Shown here piece after piece: positions 54,906-64,000 of a DNA stretch of 64,000 nucleotides; position 1 is the first letter of the stretch; each line of letters starts with the position of its first letter. Source of the DNA: the human T2T-CHM13v2.0 reference genome, Homo sapiens; assembly GCF_009914755.1 (NCBI RefSeq), contig NC_060934.1; one strand, given 5' to 3'. Both the position numbers and the translations under genes were made by a program. The notes under the pieces are model-generated. The model saw only the letters and a list, made by a program, of their open reading frames with translations, did no database searches and had not been told where the DNA came from.

Positions 54906-57900
54906 TCAAGGCTGGCTTGCTACAGCTCTGGATGTCTGTAGTCACCAGGCCTGGTCAGCCTGTTGGGCTGTGGGCGAGTAACCCTTTCATGTGGCTCCCA
55001 CCTCCCCTCAATTATATGGCCAACCCTCAGTTATCTGGAGAAGCCAGGGGGGAGACATGATCCCTATGTAGCAAAGAAGATGCCATCAACAGGCCTTGGC
55101 TGCATCCTGCCTTGCCTCTGTACTCAGTTTAGAGTCACTGCCATACCCAGAACCAACCCTTAGGACAAGATGCTTTCAAGAGCAGGCAGAGACAGGAGAA
55201 GAAGTCCCACAGGAATAAAGGAAATAGTCCTTGAGCCCCTAAGGTGTCCCATGAATTTGCCACTTAGAGTTCAAGATGATGAAAAGACTTTGTATGATCA
55301 TCCCCACCTTGCACAAAAGGAGGCTCAGGCTCAGGAAGGTTCAATGATTCATCAGAGTCACAGGACCATCAGTGTTAGAGGCAGCTTGGAGGCCTGGAGC
55401 CAGAGAGAAGCCCTGCCTCACCCAGTGACCTGTGTCCTCCCTGTGCAATCTCTTCAGGCAGCCCAAGGAGGGGGACATATCCCTGTCTGGAAGGGCAAGG
55501 GGGCGTGGGTTCCTGGGTGGAGATTGTGAGGAATGGGACTTCCCCAGGGTCAGCTGACCCTCCTGGTTTCATGAGGGTTCAAGGCTATCTAAGTGGGTGA
55601 TCTCACACCTGATACTGTCTCACCACAGTGGGTGATATCACAGGAAATTACTTGGCTTGTTTATTTGCTTAAGAAAGAAAACAAAACAGAACAAATATTG
55701 TTCCTTTCAAATAACTTGATGATTTCCCTACAATGTCAGAATAATTAAAGGCAGACAAACTGCCTGAAAGCTCAAGGAAGACGTCATCTCCTTCCTTGGC
55801 TTCCCCGCTGTGAGGTGGGCACAGGACCTGGTGCTCAGCAGAGGAGCCATATGAGCTTCCCGGTGAGGTTGAGGCTGCAGGGACTTTGTAAGCAGCATGG
55901 GTGCTGATGTGCCAGGGAATGTGGTGACCTTTCCCTCACCTCAAACTCCTAGAGAAATACAGTCCCAAAGCTCAGCTCCCAGGCCACCCTGCAGGTGGTC
56001 TCATGTTGGCATCTTGTATTGGAGAAAGGAACCCATCCCCTGTCCACCTTGCAGGGGAGTTAGAAATATTAAGAAATGTAGAAGCCCTGAATATGCCTTC
56101 AGAAGGAAAAAGAAGGAATCACATGAATCTAAGAGCCATTCCAGTGACTGCTTTGAGCTTCTGTGGGGACAGTGGGAGAGGATTTCCACCCCCAGAAGTT
56201 CAACTGAATGATAGGCATGAGCCCTGACCAGATGAGTGCATGAATCACAGGGCTAACCCCCACAAAGGGTCAACTCAGTGTTCCTCAAGCAAGGAGGTGA
56301 AGTGCTCTGCAGTTCACTCCTTGCCTCAATGTCCCCTGGCATATAGAAGGTGGGACCACTGCTCTCTCCGCACCTTTATGAGTTCATGGTTGGCACACAT
56401 GGTTTGGCTTCTGATGAGACACCTGCTGTCAGTCCTAGAATCTTTCCCAGGACAAGAAAACTGACAACACCCATAGGACAACTGACAAGTCATTCCAGGG
56501 CAGGAGGAAATCAAGACAGCCAACTAGTTTGAGAATAGAGGATGCTATGGGATGTGGCTCGCTGTCATAGGTGAAAATGACATCAGAAACCATTGGCACA
56601 GCCTCACAGGCACAGTCACAACTCCAGTGATCTGAAGCCCACCCACACAAGCAGAGCTCAGCTCATTCGTGCTGGGAGACCATCTCTGAGTTAGGGTCAC
56701 CTCTGCATGGCAAGTGTCGTCGGGAAATTGTGGGAACTGGCTGGAGAATGCCAGGCTTCTACTTGTCCCAGCTAAATTATTCATGAAATGTTTATGCTGA
56801 CTCCTTCAAAGGTTTGTAAAATATAGAGCAAACCAAATTCAAGTTATTTTCCTAATTACCTTACACCATGGTGGAGCCAGTTCTGTTCAACTTTGCTACT
56901 TTTTGTGTATTCTATTTTATTTGCTTTGTTTTCATTTTTGCATGTAAGACTACTTTAGGAATATTTTATAACCGTTATACAGTGTGTTAGTGGCTTAGCG
57001 CCACTCAGCATCAATGATCTTTTCCCAAGGAAGTCTATGGTTTATTGCTTTTAGGGAGTTACTATCCCCACCGGATAACAGTTTGACAGACTATCAAGAG
57101 ACAGGTTACCTAACGAAGAGACAGGACCATGATCCAAATAAGGACAGTAAGACTGAAGCTGAATCCGGAACAAAGAGACAGAGAGACAGAAAGCAGCAGG
57201 TGCTTCATCTGCTGCAGCAGTGGGACTCTGCCAAACTTTCTTTTCCACAGCCATCCTCCTAGTGTTCTGGGCCTCCAGACAAGCCCTGACTCTTGCCCAG
57301 CATCAAGCCTGCATCTCTAGCATTCTTGGGGCTGCTATGAGCTCCTGTTAAACTGTGGATACAGTGTCATCTGTATTAGCCAGAATCAGTGCTACAATCG
57401 TTTTGGCGAATATTTGTATCTATAAGGCATGTTCATTTCAAAATGTATGAAGGGCACAAAACAAGTACCAGGGAGTCTGGAAGCTGAAGTAGTTGAGAGA
57501 GAAATTCAGGTACTTTTAGGGTTTAATAAGATAACCTTCTCTCTTCTTTGCAGCTAGCAAAGCTTGGAGAAGCCTGAACAAGCTGGTCACCCTCACTGTC
57601 AAAGACTTTCATTTCCTCGGAAGGGAAACTGATGACCTGGGACCATTGGAAGAACTAGTTAGTAATTAATCAGTTGCATAATCTTCCCTTATCCTCTTTT
57701 CTAATTTCCCTTCAGGACTTTAAGGACCCCTTTGAAGATGAAAAGAAAGAAAGTTTGAGTGGACTCAATTAAAGTGGGAAGCAGGTGTCTAGGTTCCAGG
57801 GCTGCTCAACTCTGGATTCTGGCAGTTGATAGAGGGCCTGGCCTTTTTTCTCAGTCAATTGAGCACTAGCCCAGGGTGTTCAGGAGATGCTCCCATTTTG

Positions 57901-57929
57901 TTAGAGTTTGGAGAGAGGGAAAGATTAAC

Positions 57930-58403
57930 TTCCTGTCCAAGAAGAAAGCCACAGGGAGGTAGGAGGTTGGAAGTAAGGGACAAGGTGAAAGAACTCTCTC
58001 TATTTAATGCCAGGGAAACAAACATGGGAGCTTCGGGGAAGACAGACCAGCCAAAATTCTCTGAAGGAAGATGTAAGTGAGGGAAGTCTCTGAGCTGGAT
58101 GACTTCACCACTGAAGTGCAAGTGAGAGAACACTGGAGCATGGTGGATTGTCAAGTGCCAAGCTGGAATAGTAAACGCGGTGGTGGGGAGTGGATCCGGT
58201 AATAATGGAGCATTTAGAATCAAGGCCAGCCCTCAGACTGAATGTGGAGATAACTAGTTCTCTGCCAGTCTATTATTTCTGAAGAAAGAGCTTGACTAAG
58301 TTTATTTTACTCACATTTTTTTTTGCTTGTCTCAAATTAAGTATGGATGAAGCAGTTCTAAGGACTGCAAAGCTGCGCAGCGGGAACCAACTCCCTACTG
58401 CAG
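57930..58403 (+). repeat. ~475-bp direct duplication, copy B (partner 47331-47817)
   Basis: See copy A. Confidence 0.95.
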
Positions 58404-58501
58404 TTATCATTCGCCTTTAAAGTCTCCGTGTCAAGACACACAGAAAGTGTCTACACCAAATGGACAAACGTTCCAGGGGGTTTCCTTCCCAACTGCTTAT
58501 T

Positions 58502-58570
58502 AAGAAATCCATCCTCTTCACATCAGTGGGACTTCATTCTACTCAAATTCCATCAATTCCCAATAGCTCC
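58502..58570 (+). repeat. ~68-bp direct repeat, partner 60311-60377
   Basis: aagaaat(c/t)catcctc...cagtg(g/a)gacttcattctactcaaatt...tagctcc; about 80% identity. Confidence 0.85.
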
Positions 58571-59960
58571 AACACGAGGACAAACCCTAGGAGATGAGGG
58601 TGCCATCTCAAGTCTCTTATTTTGGTTATTTAACTGAATAAGAAAATGTGTATAACTGCAGCAAATGACTCCTATCTTTCCTGGAAAACAAACGCAGCCA
58701 TTTGCTGTGTCTCACAATGTGTCCTTTAAGTCGCCTGCTCCTGCTGCTGTCTGTGGGAGCCAGAGCTGAGGTGCGCAGGACAGACCGCCTGGTTTGGAAA
58801 CCTTGGAAGCATGGTCTGCTTGTATTACCTGGGGTCATAGATTTAGCACTCATAAAGTCATGTCTGTCTGTTCCTTCTGTGTCTCCAGCCAAGGAAAGAG
58901 GAGACAGGAGTAATCAGCCTACTCAAGGAAAGAGGCAGGAGTGATTTGAATAATTATCTATCTTTTAGACAAAATACTGCATTCTATTATGTTATGCAAA
59001 TTCAAATAATGGGCTTTTTTATGTGAACTACATCCGTTTACATCCTCATTATCCCAAGGTTTCGGTATTCGGCCAGGTAATGACAGCTGTGAAAACAGAC
59101 TTGGAAACTTACTGCTATCTTCATTAATTTACTGTAGGTAACTGACCTAGTCAAACATCCCTGAATATGATATAAAATTCACAGACTGTGTTTACCCGTG
59201 AATCCGGCTGAATTCCAGCTCTGCGTTTCTCATCCCATATTAAACATGACGACAGATGCACCAACAGAGGTTACTGGGGAACCTCTCCCAGGCATTGTCT
59301 TGCAGAGATAAAGTTCTGTAATTAAGCTGCTGTTCACCAATGTGGAAATAATACAGTGTATTGGAAAACGGTAATTAACTAAACTATCATCTTTGTAACA
59401 GCCTGTTACACATGGGACTCCTTAGAACAGACTTTGCTTGGAGTCCAACAGCTCTTATTGTAAGCTGGGCAGGAACAAAAATGGGGATGAGGAACTTCCC
59501 CCTGACTGAGCTGGCTGTTGGTGGCATTATCCTATTACCACTGACACCAATCAGGTGCTAAATGGGACCCAAGGGCTGGGAGAAATGCTACCAACACAAT
59601 CTTCAGTGTTGTTCCCAAGACTTACCCAACCCCAACGGGCCGGGCTAGGGGTCTGAGAGTATTGGCTGGGTAAGGACAAAGGAGCTCAAGTACGTAAGTG
59701 AAATGGTCTCAGGAGATGGTGGGCAGTTTTTCAAAGCATCAGGAGAAAGAGTTCTGATCAGTTCAATCGCAGATGTTTTAGGGAGGGCAATGAGAGTGAA
59801 CCGACAATGACTTCACATCGTGGGTGGTAGCAGCAGGTGCACCGAGGAATGACTGAGGCTAGGGGTAAGGCAGCTTGCTGAAGCTCAGGCAATTCCACAG
59901 TAAGTGGAAGGTCAGGACGAGAACTCACATCTACCAGGTTCCCAAACCTGGGCTCTTTCC

Positions 59961-60274
59961 TTTTCCTTTTTTTTTTTTTTTTGTTTGTTTGTTTGAGACA
60001 GGGTCTCCCTCTGTCACCCAGGCTAGAGTGCAGTGGCCCAATCTCGGCTCACTGCAGCCTTGAACTCCTGGGCTCAAGCAATCCTCTTGCCTCAGCCTCC
60101 TGAGTAGCTCGGACTACAGTCACATACCATCTCACCTGGCTAATTAAAAAAAAATTGTAGAGACTGGGGTCTAGCTTTTTTTGCCCAAGCTGGTCTCCAA
60201 CTCCTGGCTTCAAGCAATTCTGCCTTGGCTTCCCAAAGTGCTGGGATTATAGGCATGCGCCACTACACCCAGCC
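59961..60274 (-). mobile_element. AluJ-like element inserted into a MIR fragment
   Basis: 'gagacagggtctccctctgtcacccaggctagagtgcagtgg...actgcagccttgaactcctgggctcaagcaatcc'. TSD aaacctgggctcttt at 59944-59958 and 60277-60291. Confidence 0.92.
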
Positions 60275-60401
60275 CAAAACCTGGGCTCTTTTCCATGACA
60301 CCAGTGTGTCAAGAAATTCATCCTCCCCATACCAGTGAGACTTCATTCTACTCAAATTTCATTACCCCCGTAGCTCCTTACCTTGGAATGTTGGCATAAA
60401 T

Positions 60402-60574
60402 CAGTGGTTTTCATCCTTGGCTGGATATCAGAAGCACAGGTGGAGATTTTAGAAATTATGGCAGTCCAGATCTCCCTAATATGACCCTTTGGGAAACAGG
60501 GCCCAAGCATCTGTATTTCTAAAAAGCCCCAGAATTAATCACCTCTGACATGCAGCCAGAATTAAAAGCCATTG
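60402..60574. mobile_element. MER5-like hAT-Charlie MITE
   Basis: TIR-like 'cagtggttttca' ... 'taaaagccattg'; internal 'ggcccaagcatctgtatttctaaaaagcccc'. Confidence 0.7.
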
Positions 60575-63500
60575 ATCCAGGTGCAATGATTACACAACAA
60601 TTTAACATTAGTAATGTCTTCTTTACGGGAGTCTTGACTAGTTCATTCATTCAATAAACGTGTTTGAGCTCCTACTACCAGATGAGCTAATGTTCTTGGT
60701 AAAGCATCTATCTTGGTCCCTGGCACATAGAAAGTGCTCAATACTTGAATTATATTCATCACCCCTTAATAAGAGCTTCCACTGTTCCAGAGAGAAGGCA
60801 CATTGATGGCAATGCAGAGGTGAGGAGGCACTGGTGGATCTGAAGCAGAGACAGGCAGGTAAACCATTACTGGCAATGTGGAGCATACCCAGCAAGGGGG
60901 GCTGCTAGTGGTGGCAGCAAGCAGGGGAGGCTTTGCCAAGTGATCTGGTTTTGAGATACACAGCGGTGTATGGTAAATGTTCCATGGCTTCTCACTGGAG
61001 GCCGTGGGCTGAAACATGCACACTCACTATTCTTACTCTCATGCTAAGCCATTTGCTCCTGAGCATAGTTCTCAGGCCAGGCTGTTTCCAGCAGAAGGGA
61101 GAGACTGAGGTTCAGATAATGTAAATGTGTAGCCAGAAGCCAGGATCCAGGAGCCTGGCCCTGGGTAGAGCACTGAGTCACAACCTTCATTCCCAAGTCC
61201 TCTGGAAAATGCTACCTCGGAACCCAATGGGCTCATGCACATACCCAGAGGAAAGGACAGTGCCCTGGCCTTTTGACAAGCTTGCGCCTGGGAGGCAGCA
61301 GGGGTACAGAGGTAGACACATCATTCACATCCCATCTCTACCCTTCTCACTTCTGAGAGGGATTTCATCAGGGATAAGGATGCCTTCTTCAACTACTGAA
61401 GAGGGCTAACAAGATTGCTCAGCACAGGAAAGGAGCCCTAAGGTGTCACTTGTCTCTCCCATATTCCTCATTGCCTAGCCCAGGACCTTTGGATAGAGTA
61501 GCCCCTTGGCCACCAACAACCAAGCGTGTCTCTGGGCCAGGCACATCTTTAATTCACTTTATATGCCTTCCCTTGTTGAATCCTCAGTGCAACGCTGTGG
61601 GTTGGCATAAATGAAGAAGAAAAATGTGCAGACTGGCAAACTCTTTACATGCAGTTGAAGAAGACATCAAAGGAGTGGAGGCAAGAAAGGGTGTGGAGTT
61701 GAAGAAGTGAGGGCCCCTGGGATCTAATCTTTCACAGTGGGTTGGGGCATGCAGACAGAGGCTGCCCACAGCCAGAACAGAGGGGCCATCTGCTTCTCTG
61801 TCCCCTGCTGCCCGGCCACCCTGGCCTCAGCCAGCTCCTGTGTGCGATGGAAACCGGGCCAGGGGAGGGCAGGCAAGGCAGAAAGCAACAAGAATTCCAA
61901 ACTCTGAGCCCAGTGATGGATGACTCATCCCTCACTCCTCATGTCGTCTCCCATTTGTGCAGTTCTCATCTTTATTTCATGAATATTTTATTCTCAGAGC
62001 AATGGCTCCACATCCCCCATAAATCTAGCGAGTGGCTCTTTACTGCATCCATGGAGTTTGGTGCATTCACCTGCATTGGGTAACTACATAATCGTCTGAT
62101 TCCTTAGAAAAAATATGAGCTGAAATCTACATGAATATTAAGGGGTTGAAAGCACATTACTACTCTTCTTCAAGTAAGTGTCTAAACTGTGACGACATCC
62201 TAGAGCAAGCCATTAAGCACAACTTGGGCTCCACCCAAAGACAGGTTTCTGGCTCTTAAGAAATATGGCCAATGCCTCAAAATGAAACATTCAAAGATTA
62301 ACCAGACACTCTCACCTAATTGCAAATGCTGCCCCATAAAACACAGGCAACCAGTAGCACAAAGTAGTTCCGGATTAAATACCATCATTATTTTTTGAAG
62401 GTTTTAAGAATATGCTTCTAAAAGACTGTCGTTTTGAGCCGTTTCCTGCCTATTCCCTGCATGATAAAGTCAAAACCTCTCAGTCTGGCATTTAAGTCCT
62501 TCGGAGCAGGCCCCGTATCCTTCCCCAGCCTCCCCTGCCAGCATCTCCTTCCTCACGTTGACACTTCAGCCCTTGAGCTCCAGGAGGTATGATGACTTTG
62601 TTCACCTCCAGCTGTTCACCCTGCCCAAAATGCAACTTCCTATCTCATCTTTAGTACCAGGGTTTGTATCAATGCTTCAAAGCTCAGTTCTAACAGCTCT
62701 GAGCCCCAAGTAGTCTTCAATAACCAGCACCCCTAACCCCTCTGACCCCACCATGCCCTGGCTGGGCTGGATGTCCTCGGTGCTTTTGTGATACCTGCTG
62801 ATCACTGCAGTACAGCCTGCTCAATGAGTGGAGACTGCTGGGCCCAGCTCTCTGCCACATCTGTGCATGAGGAAGTAAGCTCCCTGAAGGCAGGGGCCAG
62901 GTCTCTATAGGCAGGCTTATTAAAGGAAGAAAGGGAGAGAGGGAAGAAGGAAGGGAGACATTGCATTTGAAATTTGGAAACCCATAAAAATATGAAAAAG
63001 ATGGAACATTTCCATGCAACCCTTCTTAGCAACACCAGAAGGGGTTGGAGGACAGGCAGCTGCTGTGCTTTTCCAACCTGCCTCTCTCCATGTGTCCTCA
63101 TTCCTATCTGGAAGCAGGTTGGCAACAGGGGCAGGAAGTCCCACATTCTGGAAGCAGGGCTAATGTATTCATCATTTCATAACTGAGATCCTGGACTTAT
63201 GCAGAAGCCAGAATAAAAGGTAGGATGTTTTACCGGCAAGAAAGGAGCTGTTCCTCACAGCTAGGTTATCCCTTGGTCTCCTGGTCTCTCCATTTTTTTC
63301 TCTTTTCTTTTCTGTCTTCCTATCTATGTCTCTTTAACAATCACCAGTCTCTCTCTCTCTTTCTCTGTCTCTCTCACACACATAGACCACAACAATTAAC
63401 TGTGGGTGGTCCAGGCTGAAATTGTCCAAACCGTCACTAAACTAGGCATTGTGAAGGGACAAAGCTAAAAGCAGACAATGACTTCCCATCCAAAGGACAA

Positions 63501-64000
63501 GCTCTCCCTGCATGTGGCTCACAGATGATAGGCTAGAGGCTGGGGCTGAGCCTGAACCTGTGTCTCCAGGCCCCCACCCTTGCCCACAGCTGCCCAGGAA
63601 GACAAATTCCTGACAGTGCAATTTTCATCCACCTGGAGACCCTCCCCTGCTCCGCTGACACAAGGGGCCTTTGCACAGAGGAAACCAGGTTGAAGACTTA
63701 GGGAAAACAAGCAAAATCCAAAACAAACAACACGGAGCGGGTGCAACGTGTGCCAATTTGGGGGCCTGGTCTTTCCCATCCTTCTCATCCTTCTTGGTTC
63801 TACTGGGGGTGGCTTTGGGGCCACCCCATCACAGCTGCCTACTGATGCTTCTGTGCATAGAGACCTGGGTGGTAACAAGCAGGTGAAGGGTGCACACTGG
63901 TCATGGCGTGGAGGGGCTGACATGATGAGGAGAGGTCAGATATGTGTAGCCCTTCCTTACAACTGCTAGTCAGAATAATTCACTGTCCCTCCCACTGACT

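Noticed and set aside
59961-60274. Alu exonisation into GRID1
   Set aside because: The Alu is in sense orientation relative to the minus-strand pre-mRNA; exonisation typically involves antisense Alus.

Overview
Primate (very probably human) genomic DNA, about two-thirds old interspersed repeats. The only protein-coding sequence is the terminal coding exon of GRID1 (glutamate receptor delta-1, GluD1) on the minus strand (54432-54860, ending in the PDZ ligand ...SHGTSI). Its ~2.7 kb 3'UTR lies to the left and part of the last intron to the right. Positions 1-44.7 kb are a stack of nested L1, L2, MIR, LTR and Alu elements. I found no convincing new protein-coding gene or wholly new system. The features that repeat annotation does not explain are: (i) a ~235-bp-arm inverted duplication at 24.2-24.8 kb; (ii) a mosaic at 45.64-45.79 kb copied from two nearby loci, a templated-insertion scar; (iii) a ~480-bp direct duplication bracketing the whole GRID1 last exon; (iv) dense post-transcriptional signals in the GRID1 3'UTR: three candidate poly(A) sites, tandem Pumilio elements, a UG repeat, a G4/C-rich tract, and a UGA-C stop followed by 60 open codons ending in another class I PDZ-like motif. 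Repeat subfamily names come from motif recognition by eye and are approximate. Identity figures are hand estimates.
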